From a virus (lineage: Duplodnaviria > Caudoviricetes): a DNA stretch of 36,020 bases. Numbering within the stretch: position 1 is the first letter of the stretch; each line of letters begins with the position of its first letter. The notes under the pieces were generated by a model that saw nothing but the letters and a program-made list of their open reading frames with translations, ran no database searches and had not been told where the DNA came from. Of this stretch, positions 1-7,819 are shown piece by piece. The position numbers and the translations under genes are program-made. Location of the stretch: the IMG/VR virus record IMGVR_UViG_3300044216_004865, positions 1 through 36,020 of that record; one strand, 5' to 3'.

Positions 1-489
1 ATGTACTCGAGTGCCGGGACTAAGAAAGCCCTGTTAGAAAAAGGGATGGAAGTAACGGAAATGGGTGTGATGATGCACGGATCCCAAATTGAGGAAGGCA
101 GCTTTTATATCAAAGCCTTTGATGTGATACATGATGCAAAGGAGCCACTGGGATTCATGTTCCAAAGCAAGGTAGATAATGAAAAAGGCGTGTATATCGC
201 TGACAGCAACTATGTGCAGTATTACTTCAACGGGATTACGCACTTTGTTATCGAATGTAACTATGCGGAAGATCTTCTTGAAATGGGTGATGATCCTCAC
301 TTCCTGAAGGAACGCATACGAAGGAGCCATTTTAGCTTTGAGAAGCTTCAGGACTTCTTTTTAGAAACGGATATGAGTGATGCAAAGGAGATACATCTGA
401 TTCACTTATCAGGGAGAAACTCACACGCAAATCGCTTTGTCGATGAGATTCAAAAACAAACCGGTGTACCAACTTATGTACTGGAGTAA
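1..489 (+). CDS. Metallo-beta-lactamase-fold hydrolase, probably 5'-truncated by the window edge (phage recombination-module type)
   Basis: Motifs HDA, YIAD, ECNY, SH and LIHLS match the C-terminal part of the phage YycJ-like MBL family; the N-terminal HxHxDH motif is absent from the window. Confidence 0.85.
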   Translation: MYSSAGTKKALLEKGMEVTEMGVMMHGSQIEEGSFYIKAFDVIHDAKEPLGFMFQSKVDNEKGVYIADSNYVQYYFNGITHFVIECNYAEDLLEMGDDPHFLKERIRRSHFSFEKLQDFFLETDMSDAKEIHLIHLSGRNSHANRFVDEIQKQTGVPTYVLE

Positions 490-491
490 TT

Positions 492-662
492 ATGGATGCA
501 AGGACAATAGATATAGCCTCACAACGAATTATGAATGCAGCTCAGTTAATGGCTGAGATTGAGGCCATGAAAGCAGCAAACGCGGAAAGAGAAAGAGAAG
601 GTCTTGCTCCTGCATATGGAGAAGATGCTTTTAGGAAGGCAATGATACAGTGGCAATGGTGA
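492..662 (+). CDS. Small hypothetical protein (56 aa, MDARTIDIAS...QWQW)
   Basis: Read by hand; ATG lies 2 nt after the upstream stop, with GGAG upstream. Confidence 0.7.
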   Translation: MDARTIDIASQRIMNAAQLMAEIEAMKAANAEREREGLAPAYGEDAFRKAMIQWQW

Positions 663-699
663 ATTTACCCTGGAAGGACATTTGTACCCCGAAAACCCT

Positions 700-794
700 C
701 TTGTCCGAGCCTGACCGCTCGGGCAGGAATTATCTGCGCCCCCTGCGGGGCGTTGATTGCTGAGCCGGTGGGAGAGTTGAAATGCTCTCATCGG
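700..794 (+). ncRNA. Cluster of three stable hairpins
   Basis: Stems CTTGTCCGAGC/GCTCGGGCAGG, GCGCCCC/GGGGCGT and CCGGTGGGAG/CTCTCATCGG; their G-U pairs favour the + strand. Confidence 0.5.
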
Positions 795-799
795 ATTAT

Positions 800-822
800 A
801 GGAGGTGATTAAGATGAAATAG
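800..822 (+). other. Two-codon minigene (ATG AAA TAG) behind a very strong Shine-Dalgarno
   Basis: AGGAGGTGAT at 800-809; ATG AAA TAG at 814-822. Confidence 0.45.
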
Positions 823-843
823 TTCTTTGTACGTATTGAAATT

Positions 844-1090
844 GAGTGAGTGGCGAAAGCGGTAAGAGGAGACTATTAAATGAAACTCCCGACCGGAAAG
901 TAAACGCGCCGTGAATTACGCCAAAAATTAGGTGAAAGACCTACACGGTTAAACCTTTGAGTGAAAATCTCATGTAAGTGGAGTCGATGTGTTTTTGGTT
1001 GGGGAAATGCTCCCGAGCACAAGCAGCGAAATCGCCCTGCTAATCAACTAAATGGTAAACCAATGCAGGTATCGAATCCTGCCTCACTCA
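844..1090 (+). ncRNA. Giant tRNA-like RNA (247 nt) with expanded D, anticodon and variable domains
   Basis: Acceptor stem GAGTGAG (844-850)/CTCACTC (1083-1089); TG-GCG...TAAA-CGC D-stem; CCGTG/CACGG stem; T-arm GCAGG-TATCGAAT-CCTGC. Confidence 0.7.
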
Positions 1091-1095
1091 AACAT

Positions 1096-1194
1096 GGCGA
1101 GATGGCGGAATTGGCAGACGCTTATAGGGATTGGCTAAGTGAAAAACCAAGCACCTTGATTCACTACTTGCAGGTTCGAGTCCTGCTCTCGCTA
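1096..1194 (+). ncRNA. tRNA-like RNA (99 nt) with a Leu-type D-arm and no canonical anticodon arm
   Basis: Acceptor GGCGAGA/TCTCGCT; D-arm TGGCGGAATTGGCAGACGC; T-arm GCAGG-TTCGAGT-CCTGC; 48 nt between the D and T arms with no YU-anticodon loop. Confidence 0.75.
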
Positions 1195-1400
1195 CTATCC
1201 CGGAAAATCCGGGGTAAACATAGAATGTGATTATGGTTTTTGTAATCCTTTCTGTGGAGTCCCTGGCGAGGGTAAACGCAAAATTAAAATCACAATTCCA
1301 AAATTTATGGAGCTGTGCCTTTTGATTGTTTTTGACGGCTCGGAATAGTACGAGAAGTGCAGGATAATCCTGGGCGACAAACTATAGAAGTTTGCATCAC

Positions 1401-1432
1401 CCGGGAGGGGCTTTAAATCCCTTCCGGTTTTT
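1401..1432 (+). terminator. Intrinsic terminator
   Basis: Stem CCGGGAGGG/CCCTTCCGG followed by TTTTT. Confidence 0.7.
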
Positions 1433-1453
1433 AATCAATCAAACACATGACCA

Positions 1454-1774
1454 ATGAATGAGAAAGCCACTGTTACAAAATTACACGAAGATGGGCCGAT
1501 CATGCACAATACCAATTGGGATGATTTTTATGCAGCAAGAAGGAATCACGTTCGGAGAATGAACGCCCTTCTTAATCAACCTATGGGTTTACTCATGGAA
1601 GATGATCCCCGCAAGCTTATCGACAAAAGAGCCAAAGGAATAGCGTTGTCCGACATGGAATCCGAGTACCTGGCTGATTGTATGATCAATGATCCTGAAC
1701 TCGCTGAGGAGTATCAGTTGAATATGGATCTTGCTGAAATGATCCGTCCGAAATTTATAAAGGAAGGAAAATGA
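1454..1774 (+). CDS. Hypothetical protein
   Basis: 106 aa ORF coupled to the next gene by an ATGA overlap. Confidence 0.75.
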   Translation: MNEKATVTKLHEDGPIMHNTNWDDFYAARRNHVRRMNALLNQPMGLLMEDDPRKLIDKRAKGIALSDMESEYLADCMINDPELAEEYQLNMDLAEMIRPKFIKEGK

Positions 1775-2121
1775 TTGAACGAGCGATCGAAAAGAGTTTA
1801 CACGAAAGACGGACTATGAGGGTAACTCATCATCTGCCTAAGCAAAAGAAGGACACCCTTAAGGAAATGGCAGTTCATTTTTGTCAGTATTTCAACATCT
1901 CTTCCCAGATGCTTTACATAAAAAGTAACAAGGAAGAGGTGGTAGAATGCAAAAGACTCTTCATCGCTTACGCTAACCCAAAGTTTGGGCCGTCCAAGGT
2001 GGGATCATTTTTAGGGTATCACCATAGCACAATTATTCATCACCAAGACAGGCACGATGAGTTGATGGATACCGATCCGGACTACAGACACAAATTTCTA
2101 AAATTTAGCATGGAGTTATGA
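1771..2121 (+). CDS. DnaA C-terminal-like HTH DNA-binding protein
   Basis: SKVGSFLGYHHSTIIH resembles the DnaA domain IV signature IG..FG.DHTTV.H. Confidence 0.7.
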   Translation: MIERAIEKSLHERRTMRVTHHLPKQKKDTLKEMAVHFCQYFNISSQMLYIKSNKEEVVECKRLFIAYANPKFGPSKVGSFLGYHHSTIIHHQDRHDELMDTDPDYRHKFLKFSMEL

Positions 2122-2225
2122 TGATGGAGCAAGACCCAATAACAGCCATAACCTTTTTAGTCGCATTTGCCTGGTTACTCAGCTACATGATCAGGGAAGT
2201 AGTGCAGGAGGCAAAGAAGCCATGA
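2118..2225 (+). CDS. Small membrane protein (35 aa)
   Basis: Read by hand: MMMEQDPITAITFLVAFAWLLSYMIREVVQEAKKP; ATGA overlaps at both ends. Confidence 0.6.
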   Translation: MMMEQDPITAITFLVAFAWLLSYMIREVVQEAKKP

Positions 2226-2599
2226 AGAATTGGAAAGAAGTACCGCATTTATTTTGTAATAGTGATTTCTACCTCCTGTTTGGAGAAAAGATAGAAGTAA
2301 AGTTTAACGCTTTCCATCTTGGTCAAGTTGTTTCAGACCCAAAAAATTACACTCTCATAGCCCGCCCTTTATCAGATATGAGTGATGAGGAAATTGCCGT
2401 CAGAATGAATGTATCTGAGCCGTTAGATCATGGATTTTGTGAGTCTGTAAAATCGGGCTTGACAGAATCAATAAAGAGAAAAGAATTAACCTCTGGTGCA
2501 TTTATATACCTACTAACCATAGGCGTGTACCCTTTCGACCAATCTCACTTTGAATCGGGTAAAGTGATTGCCCGATATGAAAACAAGGGGGATGAGTAA
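2222..2599 (+). CDS. Hypothetical phage protein
   Basis: ORF containing LIARPLSDM, a motif common in Bacteroidota phage proteins; translationally coupled. Confidence 0.7.
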   Translation: MKNWKEVPHLFCNSDFYLLFGEKIEVKFNAFHLGQVVSDPKNYTLIARPLSDMSDEEIAVRMNVSEPLDHGFCESVKSGLTESIKRKELTSGAFIYLLTIGVYPFDQSHFESGKVIARYENKGDE

Positions 2600-2808
2600 T
2601 GCCAAAACGCTCTACAAAACTCGAAGTCCATATCAATAAGAAGAGATCAACCATTGAAAGCCGTGGGGCTGGGTTCCTCTCATGGGATCGATTAGAGGAA
2701 CGACTACGGCAATCCGGTGAGCTTCAGAGTGAAGATATCCTTGAAAAGGTATTTATCAGCAGTGAAGGAATTGACTACACGACTCAAACAGATGTGAGTA
2801 AGCGATGA
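2599..2808 (+). CDS. Hypothetical protein
   Basis: TAATG and ATGA overlaps with its neighbours. Confidence 0.65.
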   Translation: MPKRSTKLEVHINKKRSTIESRGAGFLSWDRLEERLRQSGELQSEDILEKVFISSEGIDYTTQTDVSKR

Positions 2809-3107
2809 ACAAGTACAAGAAACTCTATATGGAGATATGGAATGAACGCCCTCATGTTTGCGCGGTATGCGGTGAGCCTATCGGCTATCCAGTTCTTCAT
2901 AATTTCTCACACATATATAGCAAAGGATCTCAACCGGCACTAAAGATGGTGAAGGCTAATATTCAAGTTTGGTGCAGTACAGTGAACCGAAAAGAAGGTC
3001 GTGGGTGCCATGAGCTTTACTCAACCCAGCCTCACAAATTTAAAGAACGTGCCGAGAAACACGGATGGGTTAAACCCACGGTTCAGGAAATAATGGAGGC
3101 AGCATGA
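2805..3107 (+). CDS. HNH-like zinc-binding nuclease
   Basis: Pattern CAVC...SH...N.QVWC...CH. Confidence 0.6.
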   Translation: MNKYKKLYMEIWNERPHVCAVCGEPIGYPVLHNFSHIYSKGSQPALKMVKANIQVWCSTVNRKEGRGCHELYSTQPHKFKERAEKHGWVKPTVQEIMEAA

Positions 3108-3247
3108 TTCATTACCGAGGATATAAAATTTACAGTGGGGTTCAGAAGTGGCATGTAGCTAACAAAACAAGGTGCGTTGCAAGTGGATTTAAAACCCTTC
3201 CTGAAGCTAAAACACGTGTAGATGAACTAAAAAAGGAGAAATCATGA
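3104..3247 (+). CDS. Small hypothetical protein (47 aa)
   Basis: Read by hand: MIHYRGYKIYSG...; GGAGG SD and ATGA overlaps. Confidence 0.6.
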   Translation: MIHYRGYKIYSGVQKWHVANKTRCVASGFKTLPEAKTRVDELKKEKS

Positions 3248-3441
3248 AAATAAACGATCTACCCAAACCATACCAGGATCTAATCAGAAAGAGGTCTAAC
3301 CCGATGAAGCAATTAGAGCAACCATTGATCTCTGCCTTTGGCTGGGCTGACACTCCGGAAGGACATGCCTTTTGGATGGCCGTTGATATGGCTAAGACCG
3401 TGGATGAACTTCCTCCAATCCCTAAGCAGGAGGCCGCATGA
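3244..3441 (+). CDS. Hypothetical protein
   Basis: AAGGAG SD; contains FGWADTPEGHAFW, a motif typical of small phage proteins. Confidence 0.7.
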   Translation: MKINDLPKPYQDLIRKRSNPMKQLEQPLISAFGWADTPEGHAFWMAVDMAKTVDELPPIPKQEAA

Positions 3442-3629
3442 GTTGTGTTCATTTCTTAATAGGGGCTGGTATCGTGATAGGGTTTGTCGGTCTATTCCTT
3501 CTATTCACCTTTTTGATACGAGCAAATAAAGCTGATGAACGACATGATCAGATATTCCGTGAACGCATGGATAAGATGAACAATGATATCAGGCGAGAAC
3601 GTGAACGGTATTTAATGGAGAGTAGGTAA
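3438..3629 (+). CDS. Small membrane protein
   Basis: N-terminal hydrophobic helix; GGAGG SD. Confidence 0.7.
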   Translation: MSCVHFLIGAGIVIGFVGLFLLFTFLIRANKADERHDQIFRERMDKMNNDIRRERERYLMESR

Positions 3630-4558
3630 TGGAATGGATTGAAAGTTTTTTTATGTGGACAACCATCATCTCAACGGCTCTATTTATACCGTTTGCGATA
3701 TGGACTATCAGGGATGCTGTTAAGCACTGGGGGGGAAGAATGAGTGGTATCGATACTCCATTAATGAGATATCCTGGGGCCAAATTCAGATTAAGGAAAT
3801 GGTATCACAGCTTTTTCGCCCCTCATAAGGTATATACAGAGCCTTTTTGTGGCACGGCCTCATTGCTTTTTTATAAAAAACCTGCAATTACTGAAGTAAT
3901 TAACGACACGAATTATGATGTAGTAAACCTTTTCCGGGTTTTAAGAGACAGAGATAAATCAAATCAACTCGAGGAGTTGGTTAGGTTAACACCCTATGCA
4001 AGGGAAGAATATGAGCTTTGTTGGGATCCAGCTGATAATGAAATAGAAAAAGCCCGAAGATTTCTAATGAGGGTTTCAATGGGACAGCGTGGAAAGCTTA
4101 CGAAGTCTGGGTTTGATACTCGTGTTAACACTGATAGTTACTCAGGAAGAGTAAACTATTTAAGTGAGCTTCATGAAAGCATCAGCCTATTTACCGATCG
4201 ATTAAAAAAGGTAATAGTTGAATATAAGGACGGTATTGAAATTATTAGGCAATTTGACTCAGATGTAACACTGCAGTTTGTGGATCCTGAATATTTGAAT
4301 GTGAAGAAGGGGTACCCAGATAAATTCACTTTAGAAGATCACTTTAAGCTTTCCAGAGTTTTAAATGAATGCAATGGAATGATAATACTCTGTGGATATC
4401 CATCAGAAGAATATAAAGAATGGTATGAAGATAAGGGGTGGACTATGCACCAATCCAAAGCCTACGCAGATGGAGGGTATAAAAGGACTGAATGCGTGTG
4501 GCTTAATCCGGTATTGAGCCAAAAACAGAAACAACAAACTCTTTTTAGCCATGAGTAA
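3629..4558 (+). CDS. Dam-like (D12 class) DNA adenine methyltransferase; the enzyme probably starts at 3740, fused here to an upstream TM peptide
   Basis: Motifs RYPGAK, EPFCGTAS, EVIND and FVDPEY (variant of DPPY). Confidence 0.9.
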   Translation: MEWIESFFMWTTIISTALFIPFAIWTIRDAVKHWGGRMSGIDTPLMRYPGAKFRLRKWYHSFFAPHKVYTEPFCGTASLLFYKKPAITEVINDTNYDVVNLFRVLRDRDKSNQLEELVRLTPYAREEYELCWDPADNEIEKARRFLMRVSMGQRGKLTKSGFDTRVNTDSYSGRVNYLSELHESISLFTDRLKKVIVEYKDGIEIIRQFDSDVTLQFVDPEYLNVKKGYPDKFTLEDHFKLSRVLNECNGMIILCGYPSEEYKEWYEDKGWTMHQSKAYADGGYKRTECVWLNPVLSQKQKQQTLFSHE

Positions 4559-4817
4559 GCAACCACCTATCATAACGGTTAAAAGCAGGGCTGACAAGCT
4601 TTGTCCTGGTATTACGATCCCAAAGGATCTAACGAATGTACGTCCATTTCTCGAAGGGGTGATCGCCTGTTGCGCTACCGGGGGCAATCGGGATAGAAGG
4701 ACTAAAAACCCCTATAAGTTCGGGGGTTCTCACTACAACGACTGGGAACGTGGGTGGGCATACGCTATGGAGAACAATACAGAACCTAAATTTTTAAAAA
4801 AATGTGAAGCAGCATGA
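4551..4817 (+). CDS. Hypothetical protein
   Basis: Contains NPY...W.RGW; overlaps both neighbours. Confidence 0.65.
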   Translation: MSKQPPIITVKSRADKLCPGITIPKDLTNVRPFLEGVIACCATGGNRDRRTKNPYKFGGSHYNDWERGWAYAMENNTEPKFLKKCEAA

Positions 4818-5410
4818 AACAAGATGATATCGAAAAAGACTTTTTGGAAAGAGTTAAAGACCATGAAGTAGAAATATTAAAAGATGATGGGGTGTATCGT
4901 CATTTACTCTGTAAGAACCCTGACAGTGTATTTGATCACTTTGAGATCATAACCACTCCAGGCTATTTGTTTTATGCCGGTGACATGGGTTCGTTCACCT
5001 TCACGAGGGTGAATGATATGTTCACCTTCTTCAGAAGAGATGAGTTGGTAATAAATACCGGGTATTGGGGTGAAAAGTGTGTAGCTGGTGAGATCAGAGA
5101 ATACAGTTATGAGTCATTCAAGGAGAATATTAAGGACTTTTTTGAAATGACCTTTCCGGAAGAAACCGAAGAATCAAAAGAAGAGTGGTCAAGAATAGAG
5201 GACTACATCTTAAACACAGAAGCCAGAGAGCATGAATACGCTGCAATGCAAGCAGTAAACAATTACCACGATCCTCATGACGTGTTCCAGGATTTTTGGG
5301 AGTCAACCAATACCGTTAAAACCTATCGCTTTATTTGGTGTTGCTATGCTCTTGTATGGGCAATTCAGCAGTACGATGAGATAAAAAAGCAAGAGGAGGT
5401 AGCGGTATGA
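4814..5410 (+). CDS. Conserved phage hypothetical protein
   Basis: Motifs DDGVYRHL, GDMG.F.F.R..DMF.FFR and YW.EK. Confidence 0.8.
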   Translation: MKQDDIEKDFLERVKDHEVEILKDDGVYRHLLCKNPDSVFDHFEIITTPGYLFYAGDMGSFTFTRVNDMFTFFRRDELVINTGYWGEKCVAGEIREYSYESFKENIKDFFEMTFPEETEESKEEWSRIEDYILNTEAREHEYAAMQAVNNYHDPHDVFQDFWESTNTVKTYRFIWCCYALVWAIQQYDEIKKQEEVAV

Positions 5411-6147
5411 AAGAGCGACCAATTTTATTCAGCACAGAAATGGTACAGGCTATCCTTGATGGCCGGAAAACGGAAACTAGAAGGGTGATTACTCCTCAGC
5501 CTGAAAAGTTAGGTGATGTACTCAACTCTGATCCTTATGAAAGGAGTGGGGGTACCTTGATTTGGAAACCGAACAAAGAACAGGATTGGAAATCACCTTA
5601 CGGAAAGGAAGGAGACTTTCTGTACGTCCGCGAGAACTGGAAGCCTTACTCATGGAATCAAGATGGAGATAACTGGACGCTTCAATACCAAGATGGTGAT
5701 ACTGTAAATGTCGGCCACCTTTATCAGGATAAAGACTGGGAAAAAGAACGCGATTTCTATATAAAACTTACAGATCTGCTTTTGGACAAAAAATGTCCAA
5801 TGACTGAAAATGGAGAACTATTTAAGGAACCTCATAAGGTTCTGCCTTGGCGACCAAACATTCACCTACCAAAGCTTGGATCTCGTATCTGGCTCCGTGT
5901 GAAAGAAGTAACCGTTGAGCGGGTGCAGGATATTACCACTGAGGGTATTAAGGCTGAGGGTGTTCTATCAGGTCTTGATGTCCCTCAGAGTGCTTTTCAA
6001 CCTGACACTTTAAAAAGCGCATGGTTTGACCTTTGGAACTCCATCAATAAAGATAGAGGCTACGGATGGGATAAAAATCCTTGGGTTTGGTGTGTTTCTT
6101 TTGAAGTAGTTAGTACTAATGGAAAGCCGGAGGTAGTAAATGGTTGA
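5407..6147 (+). CDS. ASCH/PUA-like domain protein
   Basis: Motifs MKERPILFSTEMVQAILDGRKTETRR, W.PNIH.P and NPWVW. Confidence 0.85.
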   Translation: MKERPILFSTEMVQAILDGRKTETRRVITPQPEKLGDVLNSDPYERSGGTLIWKPNKEQDWKSPYGKEGDFLYVRENWKPYSWNQDGDNWTLQYQDGDTVNVGHLYQDKDWEKERDFYIKLTDLLLDKKCPMTENGELFKEPHKVLPWRPNIHLPKLGSRIWLRVKEVTVERVQDITTEGIKAEGVLSGLDVPQSAFQPDTLKSAWFDLWNSINKDRGYGWDKNPWVWCVSFEVVSTNGKPEVVNG

Positions 6148-6766
6148 ACTAACTTGTGAATATTGTGGCGATTCATTTGAGGTCTATCCATATAGAGCAG
6201 ATTCAGCAAAATTCTGTTCAAAAAGCTGCTCTGCTAAACGAGATAAGCCAAAAAGACATAAGAAGCATAAATACATAGGAATGCAAAAATGCTATTTATG
6301 TCCAACATGCAATCAGTGGAAGCCACCAGAAGATTTTTATTTAGATAAAAGGACTGCTAATGGTCTTAAATCTCAATGTAAATACTGCCATACTCAAGGC
6401 AATTTAAAGACTCGTGATCCTGAAAAAGCTCGTGTTTCCACAAAAAGAAGTGGGCATAAAAGGCGTGCAAAAGAATATGGTGTTTTCGTATATGCCTTTA
6501 CAAAAGAAGATTGGGATAAGCTTGACGAAATGTTCCCAAAGCACTGTCAGAAATGCGGATCAGAGGAAAATTTAACATGGGATCACATTCATGCGCTTGC
6601 TAAAGGAGGTGCTCATCATCCTTCAAATATTCAAAGGCTTTGCGATCCATGTAATAATTCTAAACACACTACCAAATTTGATTACCGGAGTACTGATATA
6701 AAAGGAATGGTTAAATCAATTTGGGGTGACTGCGAAAGATATAACACTGACGGGAGGCCGGGATGA
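6140..6766 (+). CDS. HNH endonuclease with N-terminal zinc fingers
   Basis: CxxC pairs followed by DHIHALAKGG...NIQRLCDPCN. Confidence 0.9.
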   Translation: MVELTCEYCGDSFEVYPYRADSAKFCSKSCSAKRDKPKRHKKHKYIGMQKCYLCPTCNQWKPPEDFYLDKRTANGLKSQCKYCHTQGNLKTRDPEKARVSTKRSGHKRRAKEYGVFVYAFTKEDWDKLDEMFPKHCQKCGSEENLTWDHIHALAKGGAHHPSNIQRLCDPCNNSKHTTKFDYRSTDIKGMVKSIWGDCERYNTDGRPG

Positions 6767-7083
6767 AATACACAGGAAAGCTATACGGCAAAATAGATGG
6801 AAAGTATTTCGACACGGGCAAAACCACAGAGGATTGGGACGCTATGGTTGATGCTCTTGAAATACACACCCCGGATGAGTTCCCGGAGCCTTCTAAAGAT
6901 GATAATACTTTCAGCGTAGATGTTATCTGTGCTGACAAAGAAGGCATGATGAATATCGGTTGCTACAACTACAAAGATGAGGAGTGGGTATTTCACACCG
7001 ATACTATGGTAGATCCTTATGAATTTAATGAAGTATATCCCTTTGTGTGGATGTACAAACCTGATGAATTGGAGATAAAGTAA
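6763..7083 (+). CDS. Hypothetical protein
   Basis: GGAGG SD and ATGA overlap. Confidence 0.7.
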   Translation: MKYTGKLYGKIDGKYFDTGKTTEDWDAMVDALEIHTPDEFPEPSKDDNTFSVDVICADKEGMMNIGCYNYKDEEWVFHTDTMVDPYEFNEVYPFVWMYKPDELEIK

Positions 7084-7394
7084 TGCCCTTTGATAAATTA
7101 ATGATTGATACCGGTTCCAAAAGCATGTCAATATATCACTGGCTTGTAGAACGACTGCCCGCAACTTTTACCTACGAGGTCTTCGAAAAGCTTATGAATC
7201 AACGTCGTGGACTCACAGAGACCAACGAGGAAGAGATCAAACGCACCCTTCGTCAGCTCAGAAAGCTCCGCATGATCGGAGCGCGTGAGATTCAGAACCG
7301 CTACAAGGAAACGACCTACTTCATCCGCGACCTGTACTGCCAACACTATAAGAAGGGGAAGTATGCCCGAACAACTAATGGAGAACAATTATGA
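7083..7394 (+). CDS. Hypothetical protein, possibly a winged-helix DNA-binding protein
   Basis: Basic helix IKRTLRQLRK followed by a probable beta-hairpin. Confidence 0.6.
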   Translation: MPFDKLMIDTGSKSMSIYHWLVERLPATFTYEVFEKLMNQRRGLTETNEEEIKRTLRQLRKLRMIGAREIQNRYKETTYFIRDLYCQHYKKGKYARTTNGEQL

Positions 7395-7819
7395 ATAGAG
7401 AAATAAAATTTAGAGGCAGAGATAAGGATGGTGATTGGTGTGTTGGATGCTATGCTAAAATAGACGACAAGCACATTATTTATGATGATGACTTTAGATC
7501 AATGGTTGAGGTTGAGGCCAAAACAGTGGGGCAGGCAACGCCATGGAAAGACATGAATGGTGCAAGAATGTTCGACGGAGATCAAGTCAGGTGCTATCAC
7601 TTTACGGACACTAATCATGAAGATAGGTATTTGAAGCACTTTATCAGGTGGGACGATGAAAAGGGTTTATTCAAATTTGTTAGCTGCAATTCTAAAGAAT
7701 CAGATCTTAAAAATGGCACTGTTATGGGCTGGGTTTACATGAAGAACTCACAAGAAATTGAAGTGGTCGGCAACATTCACGAAAACCTAAAAATCTTAAA
7801 AGAAGCAGAATTAGAATGA
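7391..7819 (+). CDS. YopX-family protein
   Basis: MNREIKFRG...TVGQ...D.NG...GD...EVVGNIHEN. Confidence 0.9.
   Translation: MNREIKFRGRDKDGDWCVGCYAKIDDKHIIYDDDFRSMVEVEAKTVGQATPWKDMNGARMFDGDQVRCYHFTDTNHEDRYLKHFIRWDDEKGLFKFVSCNSKESDLKNGTVMGWVYMKNSQEIEVVGNIHENLKILKEAELE

Noticed and set aside
844-1090. tmRNA or intron-containing tRNA
   Set aside because: There is no G3:U70 or GGGG acceptor and no recognisable group I core, and the insertions are spread over three arms.
961-1230. 89 aa ORF from the track
   Set aside because: It overlaps both tRNA-like elements, has a GTG start with no SD, and shows no protein-like features.
3094-4817. Recurrent C-terminal 'EAA' endings
   Set aside because: They are largely explained by SD-plus-ATGA translational coupling (for example GGAGGCNGCATGA) rather than a protein tag.
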